A DNA stretch of 55,048 bases from an uncultured Rickettsiales bacterium. GTDB lineage: Bacteria > Pseudomonadota > Alphaproteobacteria > Rickettsiales > UBA6187. The translations under genes and the position numbers were made by a program. How positions within the stretch are numbered: the stretch's first letter is position 1; each line of letters opens with the position of its first letter. A model generated the notes under the pieces. That model searched no databases and was not told where the DNA came from. It saw only the letters and a program-made list of their open reading frames with translations. This document shows positions 39,017 through 47,662 of the stretch, piece after piece. The stretch covers positions 1 through 55,048 of the forward strand of contig CAYZBM010000003.1 of the NCBI GenBank assembly GCA_964476705.1, in the 5' to 3' direction.

Positions 39017-39610
39017 ATGACAAAAGAACAAAAAAAGAAAATTATTATTGGTATAAGTGGAGCCTCTGGAGCTATTTATGGGATTAGAGCGTTAGAGATG
39101 TTAAAATCTTTTTCTGAGGTAGAAACCCATCTTATTATAAGTAAGGCTGCTGTTATCACTATTAACCATGAAACCAGCTATAAACTAGAAGATGTTATTG
39201 GGCTTGCCGATCAATATTATTTAATAAGTGATATTGGAGCTTCTATTGCTAGCGGTTCTTTTAAAACTCATTCTATGCTTATTGCTCCTTGTTCAATAAA
39301 GACCATGTCTGAGATTGCCTGTGGTATAACTAGTAATCTTATGAGTCGTGCGGCTGATGTAGTTTTAAAAGAGAATAAAAAGTTAGTATTAATGCTCAGG
39401 GAAACCCCACTACATTTTGGTCATTTGAGTAATTTGACTAAACTTAGCCAAATAGGTGCAATTATAGCTCCTCCAGTTCCGGCATTTTATACGTTACCTA
39501 GGAATATAGATGATATAATTAACCATTCAGTGGCTAGATGTCTTGATATACTGGGCTTTGAGGTTGATGTGCTTAAAAGGTGGCAAGGGCTTAAACAATC
39601 TAACTTATAG
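39017..39610 (+). CDS. ubiX: Flavin prenyltransferase UbiX
   Basis: IIIGISGASGAIYGIRALEML and PCSIKTMSEIACG motifs. Confidence 0.93.
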   Translation: MTKEQKKKIIIGISGASGAIYGIRALEMLKSFSEVETHLIISKAAVITINHETSYKLEDVIGLADQYYLISDIGASIASGSFKTHSMLIAPCSIKTMSEIACGITSNLMSRAADVVLKENKKLVLMLRETPLHFGHLSNLTKLSQIGAIIAPPVPAFYTLPRNIDDIINHSVARCLDILGFEVDVLKRWQGLKQSNL

Positions 39611-39756
39611 CTATGTTATAATAAAAATCTAAGGAAATAGCCTTTTTTTATATTAAAAAATATGTTATAATGGAACTATGACCTCTATATATACTCATAG
39701 ATATTATTACTAGAGTTGGGGTTTTTAAATAAGGTGGGATTCTATTTTATCTTAGA

Positions 39757-39909
39757 TATAGTATTTCTTAATTGAAATGAATGTATTTATGGATCCCGAA
39801 TAAAACATAAAATAGTATTGTAAGTATATGTTTTTTCGGGATATGTAGCATTGTAGAAAGAATTTATTATATATGTATTTTACTGTCAATTCTTTCTTAA
39901 TCTACTATA
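39757..39909 (+). repeat. Modular palindromic repeat, A + H2 copy
   Basis: TATAGTATTTCTTAATTGAAATGA...GGATCCCGAATAAAACATA...TATGTTTTTTCGGGATAT. H2 inner stem is AGAAAGAATT/AATTCTTTCT, ending AATCTACTATA. Confidence 0.9.
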
Positions 39910-39996
39910 ATTTAAAACAATAGTATAAGTAATACTAATGGGCCCTGTTTTTATTTTTTTGTAAAATTTTATTTTCAAAAAGGGAAGTATTTAGAT

Positions 39997-40197
39997 ATGG
40001 TTGAAGAACAAAAAATGAGAGATAAGATTGCGGTGCTTGATAGAGAATATAATCAGATCAAGGTAGACATAGTTGAGCTTACCCATGACAAAATATTTGA
40101 TCAGTTGCAGGTGCAAAGACTTAAAAAACGTAAATTAAATCTAAAAGATCAGATAACATATTTACGGACGTCGTTATGTGATGATATCATTGCCTAA
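39997..40197 (+). CDS. DUF465 (YdcH-like) small coiled-coil protein, second copy
   Basis: 66 aa; D....QRLKKRKLNLKDQI matches the DUF465 C-terminal motif. Confidence 0.65.
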   Translation: MVEEQKMRDKIAVLDREYNQIKVDIVELTHDKIFDQLQVQRLKKRKLNLKDQITYLRTSLCDDIIA

Positions 40198-40241
40198 TTT
40201 TTTATCATTAATTTTAGTTTATATTTGTTTTTATATTATTA

Positions 40242-40417
40242 TATAGTAAAAGAAGTTGAGAAATACTTATTTGAATGGATCCTTCAGTAAAACATAAATT
40301 TGTTATAAGGATATGTTTTTTCAGGATGACCTGTCCTTAGATTTAGTTCGGGATGTAGCATTATAGTAATGATTTATTTTTTAAAAAAAATAGCAAATCA
40401 TTACTTGATCTACTATA
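40242..40417 (+). repeat. Modular palindromic repeat, divergent A module + degenerate short hairpin + H2
   Basis: GGATCCTTCAGTAAAACATAAA..ATATGTTTTTTCAGGAT, then GACCTGTCCTTAGATTTAGTTCGGGAT, then H2 with inner stem AGTAATGATTT/AAATCATTACT, ending GATCTACTATA. Confidence 0.85.
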
Positions 40418-40473
40418 ATTGTAATAATATAAAAACTTAAAATATTATTTTCTACAGATATATAAGGTGTATA

Positions 40474-40968
40474 ATGGACATAAAGGTAGCTATTGTTATG
40501 GGCAGTCAGTCAGACTGGCAGACAATGATTCATGCTAATGAAATCTTAAAAACTTTTTCAATTCCTACAGTTGTTAAAATTGTTTCCGCGCATAGAACTC
40601 CAGATAGATTATATGAATTTGCTACAAATGCTGAAAAAGAGGGGATAAAAGTTATTATCGCCGGAGCTGGTGGGGCGGCGCATTTACCTGGCATGGTTGC
40701 AGCTTTAACACCAATTCCAGTTTTAGGAGTGCCAGTTGCAAGTAAGGCTTTAAATGGGATAGATAGTTTATTATCGATTGTGCAAATGCCAGCTGGAGTT
40801 CCGGTTGCAACTTTTGCAATTGGTGAAGCTGGAGCTAAAAATGCTGGAATTACTGCCGCTTCTATCCTTGCGCTTAATGATAAAAAAATTATGACTAAGT
40901 TAAAAGCTTTCCGCAAAAAACAAACTGATTCGGTTGCTGAATATCCTAGCAATGAAAAAAATAAATAA
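40474..40968 (+). CDS. purE: N5-carboxyaminoimidazole ribonucleotide mutase
   Basis: MGSQSDW and [13 protein letters not shown] motifs. Confidence 0.95.
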   Translation: MDIKVAIVMGSQSDWQTMIHANEILKTFSIPTVVKIVSAHRTPDRLYEFATNAEKEGIKVIIAGAGGAAHLPGMVAALTPIPVLGVPVASKALNGIDSLLSIVQMPAGVPVATFAIGEAGAKNAGITAASILALNDKKIMTKLKAFRKKQTDSVAEYPSNEKNK

Positions 40969-40991
40969 TTTTTATAGATTGAGAAAAAACA

Positions 40992-42065
40992 GTGAAAATA
41001 TTTAACCCTGGTTCAGTTATTGGTATTTTAGGTGGTGGACAATTAGGTAGAATGACAGCTTTAGCTGCTGCAACTTTAGGAATGAAAACTCATATTTTTA
41101 CTGATGAAAAAGATAGTCCGGCATCGCATGTTGCAGATAAAGTTACAGTTGCCAGTTATAGTAATAAAAAAGCTCTAATAAAATTTGCCAAAGAAGTAGA
41201 TTTAGTTACTTTTGAATTTGAAAATATTCCACTTAAGACTGCAAATATAGTTGCTGATATTACTACATTTAGACCAAATTTAAATTGTTTAGCAATTACA
41301 CAAAATAGATTACTAGAAAAAGATTTTTTAAATAATATAGGCGTTAAAACGGCTAAATATAAAAAGATTGAAAATAACAAAGATTTCGTCTTAGCATTTA
41401 AAGAAGTAGGAGTTGCTGGTATTTTAAAAACCGCAACTTTAGGTTATGATGGTAAGGGGCAATATGTTGTTAACAAAAATAGTAAAATTTTAGCTGAATT
41501 AAAAATTAGTCGAAGTAAACCTTATATTCTAGAAGAAAAAATAGATTTTATTAAAGAAATATCTGTAATTATAGCAAGGGGAATAGATGGAAGTTCTTTA
41601 TGTTATGTGCCAGCTGAAAATATTCATAAAAATGGTATTTTAGATGTTTCTGTAGTGCCTGCAAAAATTAATGATAAACTTGAAGTTAAGGCCTATGAAA
41701 TTGCTAAATTGATAGCTGATAAATTAGATTTAATTGGTATTTTAGCTGTTGAATTTTTTGTGACCAAAAATGATGAGCTTTTAGTTAATGAATTAGCGCC
41801 AAGACCACATAATTCGGGTCACTTTACTTTAGATGCTTGTTATACTAGCCAATTTGAACAATTTATTAGAGCTATTTGTGGTTGGCCACTAGGCAGTAAT
41901 TTAAATCATTCTGCAGCTGAAATGAAAAATTTAATAGGCAATGATATAAAATCCTATGCTGAATTTTTACAGGATCCAGCAAATAAACTACATCTATATG
42001 GAAAAAAAGAAATCCGTGATGGTAGAAAAATGGGACATGTCACCAAGTTATTAAGAAAAAATTAA
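40992..42065 (+). CDS. purK: N5-carboxyaminoimidazole ribonucleotide synthase
   Basis: GTG start, ATP-grasp fold, ELAPRPHNSGH motif. Confidence 0.93.
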   Translation: MKIFNPGSVIGILGGGQLGRMTALAAATLGMKTHIFTDEKDSPASHVADKVTVASYSNKKALIKFAKEVDLVTFEFENIPLKTANIVADITTFRPNLNCLAITQNRLLEKDFLNNIGVKTAKYKKIENNKDFVLAFKEVGVAGILKTATLGYDGKGQYVVNKNSKILAELKISRSKPYILEEKIDFIKEISVIIARGIDGSSLCYVPAENIHKNGILDVSVVPAKINDKLEVKAYEIAKLIADKLDLIGILAVEFFVTKNDELLVNELAPRPHNSGHFTLDACYTSQFEQFIRAICGWPLGSNLNHSAAEMKNLIGNDIKSYAEFLQDPANKLHLYGKKEIRDGRKMGHVTKLLRKN

Positions 42066-42169
42066 TATTATTTAGCTTTTATTATAGCTATTTTAATAAC
42101 TTCTTAATAGATATAAGCTATATTATAGTTATGGTAACTTTGTAACATTTAAAAATATTGCTTAAAATA

Positions 42170-43831
42170 ATGGATCCGATTGCAAAAATAGTTCAGGCTT
42201 ATAAAAAGCATATTCTTTCAATATTGTTGTTTAGTGTATTTAGTAATTTACTATTACTAATAATGCCTATTTATAGTTTACAATTATTCGATAGGGTAGT
42301 TAGTAGCCATAGTATATCAACTTTACTGATGCTTTCAATTATTGTGGTACTTTCCTTTATTGCTTTTGGGGTATTAAATTTAGTCAGATCATTAATTATT
42401 AGCTCTACCAATAGCTGGATTGATAAAAACGTAGTTCCAGATTTATTGCGTAGATCTATAATGAAATCCTCAGGGGTAGTAAAAATTGCGGTCGGAAATA
42501 ATTTAAGACAATTAAATAATATTAAAAATTTTATTTCAGGTCATGCAATTAATTTCTTTTTTGATGTTCCTTGGTCGGTAGTATTTCTTTTTGTAATTTT
42601 TATGGTTCATCCTTACCAAGGTATTATAGCCATGTGCGGGATTATAATTATTTTTTCTATGGCACTTATTTATGAGGCTGCTACAGCAAAAAATATTGGT
42701 GAATCTGAAGATAAATTTAATGAAAATGTCAAAATATCTGATGAAGCAGTAAGAAATGCAGAATCTGTGGTGGCATTAGGTATGGTAAATAGAGCTATTG
42801 AAAGATGGCAAAAACAATATGATGAATATATGAAAGCTAACCATAGTGTTAGTTTGAAATCTAATTTTATTTTAAGTTTGCTGAAAACCATCCGTTATAT
42901 ATTACAAATTTTAGTTCTAGGTATGGGAGTATATTTAGTATTAAAAAATGAAATGACTATGGGTGGAGTTATAGCCTGCTCAGTTTTAGTTGGCCGAACT
43001 TTAGCTCCGTTTGAAAGTTCTACAACTTCGTGGAAAAGTTTTGTGGAAGCAAGAAAATCATTTGCAAAACTTAAAGAGATTTATGCCTCAGATGATGAAG
43101 AAGTAGTGCTAGTTGATTTGCCAGAGCCAAAGGGTGAGTTATTAGTTGAGGATGTTAGTTATACTTTACCTAGACAACATGTACCGATTATTAATGGAAT
43201 TAATTTTAAATTAGCTGCTGGAGATTCATTAGGAATATTAGGGCGTAATGCTGCAGGAAAATCAACATTAATTAAAGTTTTAGTTGGAATATTAGAGGCA
43301 ACAAAAGGTGAGGTTAGATTAGATGGTGCTAGTATGCATTATGTATTACAGCATGGTTTTGGCAAATATATAGGTTACGTACCTCAGGCACCACAATTAT
43401 TTGAACGTTCTATAGCAGAAAATATTGCTAGGCTTGAGTCAAAAAAAATTGATAGTAAAGAAATTATTCGGGTTACTGAGTTATTAGGTATTCATGATAT
43501 GATCTTAAGAATGCCTAAAGGTTATGAAACTTTAATTGGTCCTGATGGGGCTGGATTATCAGCTGGGCAAAGACAAGCTGTAGCTTTGGCTAGAGCTTTT
43601 TATGGTAGTCCACGTTATATTATTATGGATGAGCCAAATACTAATCTTGACCGTGAAACTGAACTTGGTTTAATCAGAGCGATAAGAGATAGTAAAGAAA
43701 AAGGCGTAACCATAATTATAGTTACTCATACTCAGTGGTTGTTAACTGAACTAGATAAAGCTTTGGTAATGGATCAAGGTGAGTTAAAATTATTTGGTGG
43801 TACTCGAGAAGTGATGGAAAGGCTTAAGTAA
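42170..43831 (+). CDS. Type I secretion system ABC transporter (PrtD/AprD/HasD class, no C39 peptidase domain)
   Basis: N-terminal 6-TM domain starts immediately. Walker A GRNAAGKST, signature LSAGQRQ, Walker B IIMDEP. The track start TTG 42158 is possible, but ATG 42170 is preferred. Confidence 0.9.
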   Translation: MDPIAKIVQAYKKHILSILLFSVFSNLLLLIMPIYSLQLFDRVVSSHSISTLLMLSIIVVLSFIAFGVLNLVRSLIISSTNSWIDKNVVPDLLRRSIMKSSGVVKIAVGNNLRQLNNIKNFISGHAINFFFDVPWSVVFLFVIFMVHPYQGIIAMCGIIIIFSMALIYEAATAKNIGESEDKFNENVKISDEAVRNAESVVALGMVNRAIERWQKQYDEYMKANHSVSLKSNFILSLLKTIRYILQILVLGMGVYLVLKNEMTMGGVIACSVLVGRTLAPFESSTTSWKSFVEARKSFAKLKEIYASDDEEVVLVDLPEPKGELLVEDVSYTLPRQHVPIINGINFKLAAGDSLGILGRNAAGKSTLIKVLVGILEATKGEVRLDGASMHYVLQHGFGKYIGYVPQAPQLFERSIAENIARLESKKIDSKEIIRVTELLGIHDMILRMPKGYETLIGPDGAGLSAGQRQAVALARAFYGSPRYIIMDEPNTNLDRETELGLIRAIRDSKEKGVTIIIVTHTQWLLTELDKALVMDQGELKLFGGTREVMERLK

Positions 43832-43836
43832 TTTTT

Positions 43837-45312
43837 ATGAAAAAAGATTTCACTAGTATCAAATTGGCAAAAGATAAAATCAGCGCAATATTACCTATTG
43901 ATAACCATAAATTACGTGAATATTTTATTATAATGCGTAATGTTTTTAAAATTGGTTATGAAGATTTAGCTGATAATTTAGAAAAACGTACTGATCTTTT
44001 TGTTGCAGATATTGCAGGAGAGGCTAAAAATTCTAAGATTGCTGGTTATATAACTATTTTGATTCTGTTTTTGTTTTTTATAGTTTGGGGATTTTTAGCG
44101 CCACTTGAAAGTGCGGTTGTGGGTGAGGGTACTGTAGTTGTTGATACCAATAAAAGAACAGTGCAGCATTTAGAAGGTGGAATTATTAAAGAGATTTTAG
44201 TTAAAAATGGAGATCTAGTTAAAGAAGGTCAACATTTAATAACTCTTGAAGGTGATACCGCGCAATCACATTATGATTTTTTAGAATGGCGTTTATTAGT
44301 TGAGAAAGCAGCTATAGATAGATTGCTTGCTGAAAGAATGGATGCTGATGAAATAGATTATTCCACTGAATTACTATCTAGAAGTAAAGAAAAAGAAGTG
44401 GCAAAAATTCTTGAAGTGCAAAATAATTTATTTAAAGTTAGGAAGGATTCTATTGCTCAAAATATAAGTATATTAAATCAGCGAATATCCCAGCTGGAAA
44501 AACAAATAGATGGGCTTAATGCTCAGAAAAGATCTGGTCAAGAGCAAATTAGGTTAATAAGAGAAGAGTTGGAGACAGCACAAAAATTATTAGCTAAAGG
44601 TCTTGAACAAAAACCTAGAATTTTGGCCTTACAAAGAACTGCTGCAGAATTAGATGGTAGAATTGGCGAATATGATGCTTCAATTGCACGAGCTGCAGAT
44701 GCAATTAATGAAAATAAACTGCAAATGATAAGTGTTAAAACTGAAAGATTAAAAGACACGGCTAATGAAAGTAGAGAATCTGAAAATCGGGTTGCAAGTA
44801 TTGAAGAAGAATTAACTAAAGCGACCGATATTTATAAAAGAACGGTTATTGTGGCTACTCGTTCAGGGGTAGTTACTAATTTAAAATATCATACGGTTGG
44901 AGGAGTGATTACTCCAGGGGCTGCAATAATGGATATTGTGCCGCAAAATGATGAGTTGGTAATAGAGGCAAAATTATCACCAACAGATATTGATAATATA
45001 GTAAAAGGACAAAAAACTAAGGTAATGCTAACTTCTTATCAAGCACGGTTTATGCCTAGACTTGATGCCAAAGTTATGGATATTTCTCCGGATAAAGTTA
45101 CTGATGAGGCGACTCATCAATCTTTTTATATTGTAAGAGTTAGCATAGATAAGGAAGCGTTTAAACATTTAAGGAAAAAAATAGAATTATATCCTGGTAT
45201 GCCAGCGCAAGTATTTATTGTTGCAGATTCTTCTACCTTTATGGAATATATGTTCTATCCACTTAAAGCTAGTATGCAAAAAGCATTTATTGAATCTAGT
45301 TCAGTTAAGTGA
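43837..45312 (+). CDS. Type I secretion membrane fusion protein (HlyD/PrtE family)
   Basis: A single N-terminal TM helix, long coiled-coil hairpin, lipoyl/beta-barrel segments, and the conserved PGMPAQVFI near the C-terminus. Lies 5 nt after the ABC gene. Confidence 0.9.
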   Translation: MKKDFTSIKLAKDKISAILPIDNHKLREYFIIMRNVFKIGYEDLADNLEKRTDLFVADIAGEAKNSKIAGYITILILFLFFIVWGFLAPLESAVVGEGTVVVDTNKRTVQHLEGGIIKEILVKNGDLVKEGQHLITLEGDTAQSHYDFLEWRLLVEKAAIDRLLAERMDADEIDYSTELLSRSKEKEVAKILEVQNNLFKVRKDSIAQNISILNQRISQLEKQIDGLNAQKRSGQEQIRLIREELETAQKLLAKGLEQKPRILALQRTAAELDGRIGEYDASIARAADAINENKLQMISVKTERLKDTANESRESENRVASIEEELTKATDIYKRTVIVATRSGVVTNLKYHTVGGVITPGAAIMDIVPQNDELVIEAKLSPTDIDNIVKGQKTKVMLTSYQARFMPRLDAKVMDISPDKVTDEATHQSFYIVRVSIDKEAFKHLRKKIELYPGMPAQVFIVADSSTFMEYMFYPLKASMQKAFIESSSVK

Positions 45313-45359
45313 TATCCTTTAAAATATAAAATATATTTTAAAGGTGAGAGATTGTTATT

Positions 45360-46382
45360 ATGGATGTACAGTTAGTTCGTAATGCCCTTAATCAAGAAAT
45401 TGGAAAAATATTAGAGCATTTTAATTCACATGATAACCAGGTTGGCGTTGCTATTCAAACTGGAATTAGGTCTTTACGTTATACCAATATTGATAATGAA
45501 TTTAATCAATTAAAATTACATTATGATCCAGCTTTGTTAACGCAAATATTAAACTCCCATAAAATTTCAGAAAGCGAATTGCAAACTTCAGCAATCTTAG
45601 TAGCTAAATTAAGAGCAGAAGGTAATAAAGAAGCTATAGAAGAAGAGTTAGCAGGACTTCCTGATTATGTGCAGCAAGCTATATTTTCTCTAGCAGATAA
45701 TGTTGAGCTAAAGGCAGAAGAGATTTCTTTTTCCCATAAGTTACCATCATTTTCTGATGTAAAAAAAGAAGTCAAAGATGCCTTGATCTTAAGCCAATTG
45801 GGTGAACTAACTCTGCAGGCCAAAGAGCGAGCAGCATATCATAATAATCTTCCGGGGCTTAAAGAACATATACTTCCTGATTTACTTTATGATTTTGTAA
45901 TAGTAGGTAATCTAGCGCGGCAAGAAATAGGTGAAATATCTAATGAGCCGGAATATCTAGTTGTGTCTAAAGCAATATTACATTTGGCCGATTTATTTGA
46001 TGGGGTAATTAAGTTAGTACCTAAAGCTAAAAATGATCCTAATATAATTGAAGGTTTAAAACTGTTAGAATTACTGGCCTTTAGAATTTTTTCTTTATCA
46101 GTAAAAAAATTACATGAAGTAGGTAATATAGATGCAGCTAATAAAATTAATATTATAGTTAAGGATATTGAAGAAAAATTACAAAATAATCAATCTTCTA
46201 CTATAAATTCCGAAACAGCAATTATGTTTATTGAAAATATTTTACGGGATATGGGCAATATTTTAAGTGCAGAATCTATTTTAGATACCAAAGAATATGC
46301 TGATTTTAATCATTTAATTAGTCAACGTGCTAATCAAATACTAGTACATAATAAAGATTTTGTTTTGCGGGAATTAATATAA
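45360..46382 (+). CDS. ORFan protein (340 aa), acidic, no Cys and no Trp; candidate T1SS cargo or accessory protein
   Basis: Lies 47 nt after the MFP gene with RBS GGTGAGAG. No signal peptide and no GGxGxD repeats. Confidence 0.7.
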   Translation: MDVQLVRNALNQEIGKILEHFNSHDNQVGVAIQTGIRSLRYTNIDNEFNQLKLHYDPALLTQILNSHKISESELQTSAILVAKLRAEGNKEAIEEELAGLPDYVQQAIFSLADNVELKAEEISFSHKLPSFSDVKKEVKDALILSQLGELTLQAKERAAYHNNLPGLKEHILPDLLYDFVIVGNLARQEIGEISNEPEYLVVSKAILHLADLFDGVIKLVPKAKNDPNIIEGLKLLELLAFRIFSLSVKKLHEVGNIDAANKINIIVKDIEEKLQNNQSSTINSETAIMFIENILRDMGNILSAESILDTKEYADFNHLISQRANQILVHNKDFVLRELI

Positions 46383-46489
46383 AAAGTGAATGTAAAAAAT
46401 ATTTTATCTATTCTTTATTTTCTTAATAATTTGTTAACCTGAGTGTGTTATAAATGTAGTATCACATTAGTGTAGATATGGGAATATTT

Positions 46490-46513
46490 AGCCGCTTTGG
46501 GGAGCGGCTTTCT
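46490..46513 (+). terminator. Possible terminator after the 340-aa gene
   Basis: AGCCGCT / AGCGGCT 7-bp stem with a TTGGGG loop, followed by only TTTCT. Confidence 0.35.
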
Positions 46514-46550
46514 ACCGCGATATTGCATTTTTAAATTATTATTGGTAAGG

Positions 46551-46598
46551 TATAGTAGATTGACTGTAAGTTATTGATTTCAATTAAGAAATACTATA
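46551..46598 (-). repeat. 48-bp mini-copy of the palindromic repeat (both termini only), inverted orientation
   Basis: The reverse complement reads TATAGTATTTCTTAATTGAAAT-CAATAACTTACAGTCAATCTACTATA. That is the L hairpin fused to the 3' end of H2. Confidence 0.75.
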
Positions 46599-46615
46599 AG
46601 CGGTAGCCATAATTT

Positions 46616-47371
46616 ATGACTGAAATATTATCTTCAAATAATCACCAATCTAATAAACAATCAGGATTTACTTTAGTTGAACTATCCATTGTTATGGTAA
46701 TAATGGGTATATTGGTTGCAGCTGTAGTTGGGGGACGAGTATTATATGAGTCCGCACAAACTAAAGCGGTATTAGCGGAGATAGAAAATTATAAAATAGC
46801 GGTAAATAATTTTACTTTACAATACGGTGCTTTGCCAGGAGATATCAATAAAGCTACTAGTTTTTGGCCAGAAGCTAATACAAAAGATGGCAATAATAAT
46901 GGTAAAATAGAACGGTCAGAATATTTTACTTTATGGCAACACTTATCTTTAAGTAAAATGATTGCCGGCAATTTTACCGGCAAGGAAAATAAAACTATTT
47001 TAGGTGAGAATGTTCCAGCTTCCCGTTATTATTCTGGCGGTTATTATATTGCTTGGAAAGATAAACCAGGAAATTGGCAAGATAATAGTCAAAGATATTT
47101 TGCAGGAAATTATATTATTTTTGGAAGTGTTGATAGTGATGAAACTAAAATTCAAAATAATAATATTAACAATGCAGAAGATATTTTAAATTATGGTGTA
47201 CTTAAACCTGAGACCGCATATGATATAGATATGAAGTTAGATAATGGAAAGCCAAACTCAGGTAGGGTTCTGGCAACATCTGGAATAAATAGTTTAGAAT
47301 GTATAAAAAATAATGAATATAATTTTGCAACAAATAATGTTGAATGTTTACTTTTTATTAACTTAAAATAG
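46616..47371 (+). CDS. Type IV pilin-like protein (prepilin-type N-terminal cleavage/methylation signal)
   Basis: 17-aa leader ending G, then FTLVELSIVMVIMGILVAAVVGG with Glu at +5. The only two Cys form a C-terminal C-x17-C pair (D-region-like). Confidence 0.8.
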   Translation: MTEILSSNNHQSNKQSGFTLVELSIVMVIMGILVAAVVGGRVLYESAQTKAVLAEIENYKIAVNNFTLQYGALPGDINKATSFWPEANTKDGNNNGKIERSEYFTLWQHLSLSKMIAGNFTGKENKTILGENVPASRYYSGGYYIAWKDKPGNWQDNSQRYFAGNYIIFGSVDSDETKIQNNNINNAEDILNYGVLKPETAYDIDMKLDNGKPNSGRVLATSGINSLECIKNNEYNFATNNVECLLFINLK

Positions 47372-47430
47372 AAATTGTTAACTTTAAGTAAGATTATTTT
47401 TTTATTATTTTTTTGTGCGATATTTTTTTT

Positions 47431-47457
47431 CTCCAAGGAAAACCTTGAGGTGTTTTA
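47431..47457 (+). terminator. Possible terminator after pilin gene 1
   Basis: CTCCAAGG / CCTTGAGG imperfect stem followed by TGTTTT. Confidence 0.35.
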
Positions 47458-47662
47458 GAATTTTATAAGTTAAAGCACAGTGTAAAAAAAAATTAAGTAA
47501 AAAATCTAAAAATTTTGTTGCAGAAAGTACATGATGTTGCGTATTTTATAATGTATAGTTATAAAAACTCTTTTAAAGCTGAGCTTCAAAGAAAATTTTA
47601 TTTTTTATTTCACACAAGTAACTTTGTGAGAGTCGTTATTTTAAAAAAGGCTAGGATTTTAT

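Noticed and set aside
135-40417. Whether the dispersed repeats could be a CRISPR array
   Set aside because: The copies are kilobases apart in separate intergenic regions, are 90-240 bp long with internal hairpins, and are not regularly spaced. No cas genes are present.
40530-40952. 140-aa minus-strand ORF antisense to purE
   Set aside because: It lies wholly inside a confidently identified purE. Gly/Ala-rich coding regions commonly leave the antisense frame open.
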